Shown piece by piece: positions 12,440 to 23,861 of a stretch of DNA of 64,000 nucleotides. Under the pieces are notes generated by a model, which was not told the origin of the DNA, did not search any database, and worked only from the letters and a program-made list of their open reading frames with translations. The stretch is from Lenisia limosa. Taxonomy: Eukaryota; Protista; Breviatea. The position numbers and the translations under genes were made by a program. Every line of letters starts with the position of its first letter. Positions within the stretch are counted from its first letter, which is position 1. Location: positions 1-64,000 of the forward strand of contig LPNZ01011689.1 in the NCBI GenBank assembly GCA_001655205.1, in the 5' to 3' direction.

Positions 12440-15400
12440 GGACAAATTTATTCAGCAATAACAGTTAAGGAGGCATAGCTCCAGCGTCGAACATAATGCC
12501 CAACACGATCATCAAAACCAAGCTCCACAAGGCTGGGCTGCAGCCATTTGGACCCCTCGTTTTTGTGGGTCTTCTTTACCATACCAGGCACACCTTGAGA
12601 TTTCTATTTATGGACTAGGCAATTCTATTTCCGGATGATGCTGATGATTCTTTGGTCAAAACTGCTCTCAAAATTTTAGTTGCGGTTTGTGGCTGACAAT
12701 AAAAATTGGCATATTTCATCGTACTGTGATCTTTTGTTTCATATTTCATCGTACTTTGCTTTTTTGTTTCATATTTCATCGTACTTTGCTTTTTTGTTTC
12801 ATATTTCATCATACTTTTCTATTTTGATTCATATTTTATCGTACTTTTATCTTTTGTTTCATATTTCATTGCGTAGGCGTTTGAGTTTTCAGCCGGGCCA
12901 GTGTCTACTTTGTTATCAGTATGTTAGTTTTCTTGTTGTCTTTGCCAGAATGTTTGATTTGTTGATTCCTATTTTACCCCCCAGAAAGCAACAGCATCCC
13001 ATCCATACATGACGTTCATGAGGAGTAACTGCTTCCAGGCTGTTGACGCGTAAGAGTTCTACTTTGTTGTGCTCTGCTCTGTGGATTATAAATGACTCCA
13101 TAGATTCCGGCATTCAATGAACTCCTCAATGCCCTTCATAGTCACCCCCATGGCGCCTTTGTCCCAGTTCTCTTCTGGCTGTTTTCTTCAGGCAGCACAA
13201 GTGAGAGCATTTCATCTTTCATTTTGCACATTGTGTCCATCACAAAGGAAATAACCCACCAAGATTATCTCGAAAGCTGTTGAAACTGAAGGAGGGGTTG
13301 GGGCATGTCTATACCTCCACGATGAGGTGATTGCATCTTCCTTAGACCCGCTCATCACATCTTTCATCTCGGTTGGTAATAAGATAATTTTCCTGTTTTT
13401 GTTGTAGAGGAAAGTACCATTTTTTCTGCTCAGCTGCAGTTTCACTTTGCAGACATGGTTGGAGTCGGCTTCATCAGTTCCGTCAGCCCAAAAGAGACCG
13501 TCGGTTGAAGTGTATCATGTTGGCAGGGGTTCGATAGTGTTCTCTAACATGCTGCTCTCATCTAGCAGAAGGGCCAATGGTGTACTTTAGAGGACCTCAC
13601 AATCCAATTGATCCATTTGGTAGTCCTTGTTCCTGTGCCGACCTTAGGCCAAAATGCACACCGTGAGAATGGCCTTTATAGAAGAGACAGGAAACTTACT
13701 TTTCAGCGTCGCACTTCTTCTCTCATCGCTCTTTTTTCATCAACCGCGTTTCAAACCTCAGTTCCAATTTGAGAAATGTGGGAAACAATTAAAATTGCCG
13801 TTTAATTCACTCTAGCTCCCGCCCACAGCATTCGCCCCAAGTGATTCGGTTTGTCTATAGTAACTTTTTGGGGTATAGCGTACTTTGTTTATGTTTTTCC
13901 AAATAACAACTTGTCTCATGTATTAGGATCAAAATGAGTCCAAAATTGCCGTATGGTCATCAGCAACCTTCAGCCTACGAGGTAAGGCTAAATTAACATC
14001 GAACAAGCATACTTACCAACCCAGGGACGGACCCAACCCACCCAACATACACCGATGCTGACTTCAGCTCTTCAATCAATACTTTGCATGGCTGTATCAA
14101 CACCAATGTTGGTTGAGTGTGAAAGGCAGCTGAACCAAAATCAAACCTCGGGCGTAAAAAATAATTTTCCTGGATATGGTGTACAGTTTTTGTAATGAAT
14201 CTGGTTTGGAGGACTGCTTTAAGACCCCTTTATTGAAAAGGTTTGATCTTCTCAGGGACAAGGACATGTCAATGACTGGGCAAACCAAGTAATCACAATG
14301 TAAGACCATTCCTTTTGGAGTCTTTTTATTTTCGCAGAGATGATGATGGCATTTCATTTGGCCGCAAATTTGGTCCTTTGGAAATCTACTTCTTCAAACC
14401 AAGAGCAGAGTGAGCAACACTGTTCCGCTAATTATCCTCAGTATTATGGAGCTCTTTTCAATCGAGGATGAAGCACGTACCAGTGCAGCCGAACAATTTG
14501 CGATTCAGTTTTTCTGAGCTAAATGTGGGCTGCCGTTTTGGTCTAATGACCTCATTAGTTGAGGCCTCTGCAAAACCACAAGAAACTCTTTGCGCTATTG
14601 AAGGAAAGCTAAAAGTACATTATTTAAATAAATACAACCCATTATTAGAAGAAACCTGCTTTTTGATTGAACAAGTGGACGAAAAGGCATCGATCCGAAC
14701 GAACATTCAGCCTGGTAATGGATAAACAGGAGGCGGTAACACAGGACTTGATGGGACACTTGGCAGTGTTGGGAGTGTAGACGTTGTGCCCGAAATGGGG
14801 GACGGAAGCGAGGGTTGCTGCAGTACTTGGAGGTCTGAACTGTCCACAGCGGATTCGATGATTGGGTTAAGTGGCGGGAATGTCATGGGAACATGTGCGT
14901 TCTAAAAAGGTCATGAAGCACCCTCTTCAAATACTCACATTTGGTAATGGTACCCTGAGAGGGTGAAGTTCGTCTGTTTTACTCAGATCGTCGTCGCTCA
15001 AGTCGGTGTCACTGGTTGAGGGGTTGTCAAGAGTTGAAGCAAGGGACCTGGAGTATTGCGCTACCTCAGGTGGACCAACTGCAATTTGAGTTGAGAAATG
15101 AAGCACTCACTATAGTGGTCAAGAAGTTCCTTTTTCTCGGGTAGCACAACATCATCCGTTTCCAGCAGCACCCCCCCAGGATTTGGTGTCACAGCACCAG
15201 AATAGGAAAGTCGAGTCTGTGAGTGTAAAATCATAATTCACCCAAATATGATGTCAATATCATATATTAGTAGTAAATAAATAAAAAAAAATAAGAAAAG
15301 CCTCACAGCATATGGAGGGTGACTTGACTTCTGCGTTTCTGGCGCCTAGAGTGTCACTCGGTAAAAGCTCTGAATTCAACATCAACACACCGTAGGCCTC

Positions 15401-16316
15401 ATGCATGATAGAGAATAAGTAGTAAAAAGTATTCATTAATTTGTGAATATGTAACCTGAATCAATAATATTGGAAGTCGATTCATATTACACCGATATGC
15501 GTGTCATTTGCGTGAATAGCATATTTCTATGTTTTTTGAAAGTGTAACTCACTCGAATGTGATGTTCACTTGCAAACTCTGTTGTTTTCTCAATTGACCA
15601 CCCCGAAAGAACTGCTTCTTTGGCAAGGCTACTTGGTGAACACCAAAAAGACATTGAAAAAAAACAGGCTACGGTAGCAGCAAGGAATCCTTTTAAATAT
15701 TTGAGCTGGTATTTTCCTTGATTAAAGGATTGTGTGATAACCAGGTAATTGATCCAAGATTTACCTATGAATCAAACGAGACGGCAGAACTGCTGATCCA
15801 CCGTACCCTATGAAACGTCAAGGGAAACAAGCAAAAAAAAAATGGAATGTATACGAGGCATTACTTACCTGATGGTTGGATATACTTGTTGAAACCATGG
15901 ATATCAAGCCTATATGGCTTTCTTGGCTGGCGAGAAGCAGTAGGAGTAAAGTCGAGATCAAACGCAAGGCCAAGAGAGGAAAAGAGGTTCTCAAGGAAAT
16001 CCAGATCCATGTCTTTGGAGTCTGCCATCGTCATGACTCCTCTCACTCGCTTATTAAAAGCTGCGTAATGCTTTAAACTGAGGGGCTCATTGTTCATGTA
16101 GCCATGGAGATTGACAGAGAGCTTGGCAACACTTCGCTCCCCAATCAATGGGTTGCCTACGCCTGTGCATTTGCGAGGATTAAAGATCTTCCGTACTGCT
16201 GGGGAAGAATATGGAGACATGGCAACACCAGTGCAAATCTTGCAAGGCTGTGACGAGACAGGGTGGGCTTTTTTGCCCCGAGTGCGCCCCATGGTGCTGA
16301 TAGATAAGGGAGGCAC
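12440..16316 (-). CDS. Multi-exon hypothetical protein with a Pro/Ser-rich central region
   Basis: ORF 15861-16316 ends at a SG|gtaag donor. Further exons include SLASTLDNPSTSDTD...VPLPN|NAHVPMTFPPLNP... (~14710-15050) and pieces near 14100-14350 and 13000-13550. No family recognised; the 3' end is uncertain. Confidence 0.55.
12710..12870. repeat. 30-bp minisatellite, ~5.3 copies
   Basis: Unit catatttcatcgtactttgcttttttgttt with variants; seen in the ORF track as MKYETKKQST repeats. Confidence 0.9.
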
Positions 16317-16892
16317 AGCTTTCCCATCACAATAAACAAAAATACCCCAATTTACACCTTACTTTGCACCCAGACCTCCTACTTCCTTATCTAATCATAT
16401 TTTACTGTGATATCTTATTAAACCAAAAATTGAAAAAATATCTAAACTCATATAGTGACAGGAATCACACTCCCCCTCCCCTCCCCCCCAACTTTAATCT
16501 GGGCTTTTTTCCTTCTTTCTTTGGTGGATTTTACTCTTCTTCACTTCTTCAACTCTTCTTGCTACTGGCGGGCAGGTGGGGCAGGAAACAGGCAAGATGG
16601 CAAGAGGGCAATGTAGGTACAGTTTTTCCATGGGGGTTCCCGCTTCCATTTTTTTAACACAATAATTTTTTGGCCTTGTTTTTTGGCCTTCAATGAGTTG
16701 GGACAAGTGAGAGTGAGTGTTTTATTAAATAAAAGAGAAAGAAAAGAACACTATCAAGAAGGTGAGAGGTCTGTGAGAGGGGGGTGTTTTCTTCATCCCA
16801 CGCAGTAAAGTTTGAAACTATGTGGACTACTATCTGCCTCAAATAATGATATATAATAAACACCTTTGGTTCATTTTCTTCAGGCGAACATC

Positions 16893-17333
16893 ATGGAAGC
16901 AAACCCAGTATTTAAAAAGACTGTTAATGCAGCTTTCAGTGTAACAGGGTAAGTGATTGGATGTGCTGTATTGTCCATTCTTACCTTCAGACCTCCCTCA
17001 TATCCGGGAGTTACACAAATGCATGAGAATGTAAAGATGTCAGCAAAGGAGGCAAGTCACTTCACCAAGAAGAAGAAAACTACAACCCAGGAAGCTGCTC
17101 GTGTCCCCGAGTGTCGTGCTGAGGTGTGCATGCTTTTTAAAAACAATACCCGGACAAATCTCTCCCTTGCTTTCTCCCCCTCCACCCACCCCACTACTAC
17201 ATAACCATCATTATGTTGAAGAGGGAAATTGAGATAAATTGTTGAACCTAGCTTGATTAGCGTAACTTCATTCCAGGTTCGATCCATGAGCAACACTGAT
17301 TTGATCGAAGAGTACAGATTAGCCGATAAGTAA
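16893..17333 (+). CDS. Small spliced hypothetical protein (~80 aa)
   Basis: MEANPVFKKTVNAAFSVTG|PPSYPGVTQ...ECRAE|VRSMSNTDLIEEYRLADK*, with a 42-nt gtaagt...ttcag intron. The 3' end is uncertain. Confidence 0.5.
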
Positions 17334-17698
17334 TCAAGCAGGTGAGTGCTTGTTCACCTCTATTTATTTGATTCTTCCGCAAGTAAAACGAGAGGATATG
17401 TTGTTGGATTTTTTTATTATTATTATTTCCCATCTCCATTCCTCACTGTACAGAATCCCTGACGCCTGGCATTAATTAAAGTTCAATGTGTTTTTCTTTA
17501 GGTACTCTGTTCAACTTTGTTAAAAGGAATTAGTTGTTAGTTTATTCATTGCAAATTTCTTTCATACATGTGCCACACTTCCTCCACAGTTCCTAGGGGA
17601 TTTTACGTCTTAAACAGAAGATTATTGGAAGATTATAATATTTTCAATTATTTCATTATTTCATATGTCGGTTTCCATTTTATTCATATCCACTTAAT

Positions 17699-17730
17699 TT
17701 ATCGACAAATATCGAGGAAAATATCGACGT
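17699..17730. promoter_or_regulatory. Triad of TCGA-centred motifs (tatcga x3) ~100-130 bp upstream of ATG 17828
   Basis: tatcgacaaatatcgaggaaaatatcgacg; TCGA at 17702, 17712 and 17724. Regulatory function is inferred from position only. Confidence 0.35.
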
Positions 17731-17827
17731 TGTTCTACTTTTTTTATTCCCGCGCTTTCCTCCTCTCAGCCTCTTAGACAAGTTTCTTCCAAAGAGATAT
17801 CGTAAAATAGAACAAAAAAAAAAGAAA

Positions 17828-19263
17828 ATGAGGGAGAAAAAGTCCGTTTCTAAGCGGTTTAGAGTTTATGACAAAATAACTGAGCAGAGGCATGAACCTA
17901 TTGTCACCTTCAACCTCGCTCCCCCTCAAATGAAAGCTAAAAAGCTTGAAGTTGTCAATCAGGCTATCAGAAATGCGAGAATACAAGAACTTGAAGAAGA
18001 GAAGAATTTCGATGAGTCTCACACATACACCGATGAAGAACGAAGTGCCATTCGTAAGGATGATTTTAAATGACCATTATTAACTATTAAGTTGAAAGGA
18101 GGAAGGTCGATTCTTTGCGAAAGTTGGCCCAGATTGACGCTGAGATCGAGACCTTTTCCATGCAAAAACATGCAGTTTTTAAGGAATTCAAAGCGTTGAA
18201 GGATAAAGACAGTTTGAGGGGATGGTTTGGAAATGAGGAATAATAAAATGTACAAGATGATGCTGTAATAACCTTGTGTTACTTAATATTATTATTCGTA
18301 GTGCTCCACCCCCCTTCTCCCTCTCTCTATTTTAGTGATGCGTATATTCTCGTCTTATCTTGTTTAGAAGCTGCAAAAGCCAAACTCGCGGAAGAAGAAG
18401 CCAAGCAACAATCAATTGCGGCTAAAGTGAGGATTTTTGGGAGGAAAATAAAACTCTTCTCATTTACCTTTAGATTGATACGATTGCGCTGTAATATACA
18501 TGCACATTGTCTCAATGCTGTTGTTTCTTACTTCATCAAGGCTCAAGCGGCACAGGCCCAGCCACAACCCTTCAGTCAGCCCTTTACTCAGCCCCCAATC
18601 ACCGCACCGTTCCCCCAACAACCTTCCGTGCCTTTTGTTGCCACACAACAAGCACCACCCAAAACCACCTACACTGCTCAACAACCCATTCCCAAGACTT
18701 CATCATATGCTCCCTCCGCCTCCTTCAATCCTAGTAATCCAAATAGTCAGCCCAGTGCCCTCCCTAGTACCCAAGGCCAACACTCACAGATCCACCAACA
18801 GCATGTCCTTCAGAACCACCCGCACCACCAGGGACAGACTCAACAGCCTAAGCCTTTCTCGAAACCTTATAACCAACGACAGGTTTGTGCTGAATTATGC
18901 TCGAAATGTTCTTACCCCTTTCAGGGACAAGGTCAGGGTCAAGGCCAGAACCAGCGATATATTCCTAATCAGCAGGTTGGATTGATTTGCTTGGAAAGCG
19001 CGAAAGATGATGATAACTCAGAGCGTAATTCTGTCTAGGTTAATCAGCAGCAAAACCGATACATGATGTATCATCCTCAACAGCAGTATCAGAACAATCA
19101 AAATGGTCGCTATCCTGTGTATAACTACAACCAGCAGCAACAGGTATGTCGCTTATTATTCATCGTCATGCTTGATGAATGGCTATCTTTATGTCATCGC
19201 TACTTTGTTTTACTTGAATAGCCAAATCGAAATCCGAATGCACCGAATCAAGGTTGGAAATAA
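17828..19263 (+). CDS. Hypothetical protein: charged coiled-coil N-terminus plus Q/P/N/Y-rich low-complexity C-terminus
   Basis: MREKKSVSKRF...SAI|LERRKVDSLRKLAQIDAEIE (38-nt intron), AKAKLAEEEAKQQ, QAQPQPFSQPF..., QQQYQNNQNGRYPVYNYNQQQQ|PNRNPNAPNQGWK*. Confidence 0.8.
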
Positions 19264-19710
19264 ATGACTTTTAATTGAGAAACTCAGACTTTGTGTACGG
19301 TTTTTTTTTCTCATCATAATACCCTCAATTTCAATAAAAGTGCGAATTTGTACCATATTATTTCAGACCTTGTTTTATTTCTCATCTCTATTATATGTTT
19401 AGATCATACTATTTCATACCATGGCTGTTAAAAATTGAGAATAATANNNNNNNNNNNNNNNNNNNNNNNNNNNNNNNNNNNNNNNNNNNNNNNNNNNNNN
19501 NNNNNNNNNNNNNNNNNNNNNNNNNNNNNNNNNNNNNNNNNNNNNNNNNNNNNNNNNNNNNNNNNNNNNNNNNNNNNNNNNNNNNNNNNNNNNNNNNNNN
19601 NNNNNNNNNNNNNNNNAGATAATTGAAAATGCAGATTATACAGTGTCAACATTAGTCCTCAGAAAAAAAACATAGCATTGACCAAAACTGAGATCTCTCA
19701 ACTCAATATA

Positions 19711-22700
19711 TTAAAAACAGTATAAATAGACTGTAGAGAAAAAAACAAAACAAAATGAAACAGTAAAACTAAAATGAAACAGTAGCGGTAGTATAGCCAA
19801 CAAGAGGTAAACGATTACCAACCCTACAGCAGTGAGAACTGAAAGAAAAGATGAAAATGATGCCAACTCTTTGGATTCTTTGGATTCTGTGGATTGTTGA
19901 ACGGGTTGTGGTGGTGGGGTAAGAAGGGACTGCTGGAAAATTATGCTCCTGAGGACTTTGTTGAAGCCGATCTTGTCAGAACACTCAAGGCATGAGCAGG
20001 GGACAGTTGGCAAAATATGGCCTAAGGGGTCAGATAACGCAATGGCAATGACAGGAAACAAGAAACTGTCTGCTATACCTTCTGGAAGAATAGGGATTCC
20101 ATTCGGAAAGAAGGGTGCTAAATACGTGATGATCACGGAGATTACTTCAAAGCAGCAGTGCAGACGAACATCGGGGCGAGACATAAAGTCCCGAATTCGA
20201 AGAAGAAGGTCGATCTAGCAGGGTCAAGATAAAAAAAGCCAGAACTCCATCCAGCCGCCTCAGAAAATTCCTCATATAGTCAGTATTAAATGAGCATGCG
20301 AAAATTATTACATTTATTCATTACATCATAATCAGCACGGATTCATCGAAACCAATGAAGGAGAGACCGTCCATACCTGGAGGTCTGACGCGAGGTATGG
20401 GATTGCTGTTTTAATGCAAAGCAAAACGGTGGGTGCAAGGCGACTGATGGGAAGGAGCAATTCCTACAAGGTCAGTTTCTCTCAGCCAAAAATTCGGACA
20501 AACCTCGGTCTGAGAAATGCCTTTGCGGATCTCCTCGGTTCCCTCCTTGAGCTTGCCAGCGCGATACCAAATCATGGACCTCAACCATCCTGTGAGTTAG
20601 AACGGGATGGCACACGGAGAGCCTACGGTAACCGGCGGAGAATATTTGGCCTTGAATGCTGTCAGCGGAACTGAAAGGTTCGAAGTGAATGTCCAGACAC
20701 TTGGGGGTAAGAAGCCGGACGAAAAAGTTGCACTGGTTCGAGAAAAAACCCTCCTGCTTACCTTTATCAGTATGTTCATCATTGACGGGGAAATTGGAAG
20801 TAGAGCACCGTAGCGAACGGAGTAAATATCTCCATAAGGACCAATGCGAGGCATGATAGGTGGCGGCTCCCATGGGTTATGGTCCAAGCCAGCGTCAGTG
20901 AGATATTTCGTCATGCCTGGAGTTGAAGTACTCACGGAAGGCGGCGACTGGTACTGTCGCAGACGCACCGTTTCACTTGGCAGACTGAGAGACCACATTG
21001 CACTGTATTGTGACAGGAATGCATGAACAAAAGGGAATATATGGCGAAATATGCCGGTCTCACTTTGCCATTTGGGAGTAGTTCAACTCTTTCAGCGGAA
21101 TCGGTAATGATGAGAAGATACCCTTTCTTTCTGAAGAAATAAGAGTAAAGCTAAAACGAAAGTAAATCAAAATAATCGCTAGTGCTGCTGAGAACACCCG
21201 TACTCTTCGAGATGGTCATCTTGAAAGTGGAATAGAGCTCATTGAGACTTTCGTTGGTGACAAAATGCATAGACTTTCCAGCTTCTCTGATACACTAAAA
21301 CATGAGTACGGTCTTAGTTATTTGATAATACTCCGAACAAGAGCCAACCAAGTGGGCTTGAGTTGCACAGCCATGTTCCAAGTAGACTCCAGCTGAATAG
21401 TAAAACTACATATAATTCCACTGCAACCTAACAGAATACTGAACCCCATCCCACCAATAGATATGAGGGCAAACGCTAAGTTGGCTGAAGGTCGGTGGAA
21501 GCTAGCAATTTGCGACTCAACTTGTGGAAGCAGTCTAATCAAGTCAGCACGTCGAAAATGGTTCAGAAGAAAGCAGTTCAAAAGCCTACGATAAGGAGCT
21601 AGAGAAGTCTTTGTTATCGATAGAGGACAGGAGACAGACAAGACTGGAGACGAAAACGTCAGTCTGCAACGTGTCAGCTTGAAAAGCATGGATGACTTCA
21701 ACTGGTCCTCAGCTTACATGGGAAGAAGGCTCATAGCAGTTGACCGGGTACGGTAGGAGGGCAGCACGCTGATGCCGATGAAGAAAATCGTCTAAATAGT
21801 CAAATCAGTTCACTTAACGTGCGCAAGTTCATCCCTCCTACAAACAAGGGAAAATATGAGAGTCTTTCTGGACAGTTTGTTGTCAACAAGAGCTATAAGA
21901 TGAGAACCATTTCCTGGTAGATCAGGCCTACGCGATAGGGAGCAGGACAGGGTAAGCGTTTTCGCGATGGGGAGTTTTGGCGGCCATGGGGAGGGTGGGT
22001 TTATGATGTCGCCGCTTTGAGGACCACAAGTGCTCAAAGGGCGATCTGAAAATCCTGCGAGCGTCAATTGAGACAGGAAACAACAAAAGCCATTTTCCCT
22101 TCTTTTCAGGTACTCTCCTCACCTGGGCGACAGAAGTGAGGATGTTAATCTTCTTTGATGGGAGGTTTTCTTCAACAGATGACGCGGGCGATGAGGGGGT
22201 GTTTCGGAGCTTGTAGTCGAGAACATCGGAGTGGACGGAGCCTTGGTCATCCGGGCCGACTGTCGGTGAGAATGGCGGCGTGGTCACGAGGCTTGGGTGA
22301 GGAACGGTGGCGGCGGAGGGCTTCGGGGTGATGATGAGAGGAACAGAGGGGAGCATGCTCTTGAGCTGTTGGGGGGCCGAACCCGCAATGTCACCACTCA
22401 GGTTGCTGAAGAGCGAAACCGACGGCGTAACTCCCGGTCTCTGCATAGGCAGTTGCATGAAGGACGGCTGCATCATTGGCATTTGGAGGGACGGAATTTG
22501 AGGCAGCTGCATAGGAATAGGCACCAGGGGTTGAGGAGGTGCAATTTGAGAGGGAAGCTGGATTTGGGGGCAGAGGTTCGGAAGGTATGGCCACGATAGC
22601 GGCAGCAGAGAATTGGCTGCTTGAGCAATGTTCTGCAAGAATTAAACCCATACTCATGCTAAAAGTTGCAGTTTTTTTTTTTGAAAAATTTTATGAAATT

Positions 22701-23597
22701 TCAACACTTCATTTTTAAACTCATGACGGGAACTACTTCGCTGTTATTTTCCACTCATGTAAGCACATAATCACAAAAAAGGGATTTGAACGTATAGTCA
22801 ACTTAATATGCTGAAGTGAAACTATTGAAAAAAGGCAATAGTCTGAAGCCGTCCACATGATCACGTTTATACGGGATACTGATTACTTGCTCCCAATACT
22901 CCGCCAATAAAAATCACCTGGATGGGGGTTGTCATGACATTGATATTTGAAAAGGCCATGCGGCGAGGCTGTACAGGAAGACTGGTGTTGACGGTGACGG
23001 GTGGTGTTCCATTGTCCGCAAGGAAAAAGTCCTCTTTCCGAGGTCTTCCGCGCTTCTTGGGCATGGGCTTCACGCACTCTACAGAGTCAATACAAGCGGG
23101 AAATAAACTAAACAATATTTTAATCCAAATTAAGGCGGAAAACAACACGCTCATAATGAAAACGGAAGGAGGAAGAAATGAGGTTGAGGGGTAAATTAGT
23201 CTTAAATGGGCCGCTCATCTTGGAACCGAAACCCGAAGCTTTCCATGGTAACAGTAATACACTAAAACAAGCTCTTGAAACCACCGAGGCTTCTTAACGA
23301 TAACCCGAAAGCAGCTGGAGAAAAATCCAGATTAGCGTATGTTCTTCCCACTCACGAATTTCGTGCTTGTAACAGTAAACACACGTTGATTGGTTGTCAC
23401 TGAGAGGCCTTGACAAGATGAGGAATTGCTTGAAAAACCATTTTGGAAAAAGCTCAATCGCAATTATGTTTACGTATTTATTTCTAATCTACTAAAATAT
23501 AATGTATACAGATAGTTTTAAACCATTAAGCAATTTCCCCTGCTTACACGCACTTCTTCTTCTTCTTTCTGCAAGCAGCGCAAGCGGAGACTTGCAT
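19711..23597 (-). CDS. Zn(II)2Cys6 (GAL4-type) binuclear-cluster transcription factor with Pro/Gln-rich region and hydrophobic C-terminal tail
   Basis: Splicing exons 23597-23548, ~23400-23356 and 23078-onward gives MQVSACAACRKKKKKCV(PLS)DNQSTCVYCYKHEIQCVKPMPKKRGRPRK, a C-x2-C-x6-C-x6/9-C-x2-C-x6-C pattern. It continues TTPIQ|NIAQAANS (ORF 21928-22638). The last exon (19711-20214) ends FLSVLTAVGLVIVYLLLAILPLLFHF... Confidence 0.8.
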
Positions 23598-23861
23598 ACT
23601 CTCTTTAAAAAGTACAGAAACTATTAATAGAACGGAAAAAGCGCAAGTTAAGGACTAGGAGTTCGTCCGTAAAAGTGAGATTACGTGTCAAGGATAATGT
23701 GTGGAAAGCTGTATCTTATATTAAGATATTTATAAACATTGACAAGAAATAGCTGGATAAAATTAAGAAATTCACCTTCAAAGGCGAAAAAAAGCTAACT
23801 AAAAGCGGGGAATTGGAAATCCGACACGCCGCCGCTTTCGGCCTATTTCTTCTAATCCTAA

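Noticed and set aside
17270-17333. LIN52-like resemblance of 'VRSMSNTDLIEEY'
   Set aside because: The downstream conserved YQLGLxE..E..RG motif could not be found by any plausible splice.
23030-23062. Stand-alone AT-hook protein (KKRGRPRK)
   Set aside because: It is the basic linker directly after the sixth Cys of the Zn2Cys6 cluster once the exons are joined.
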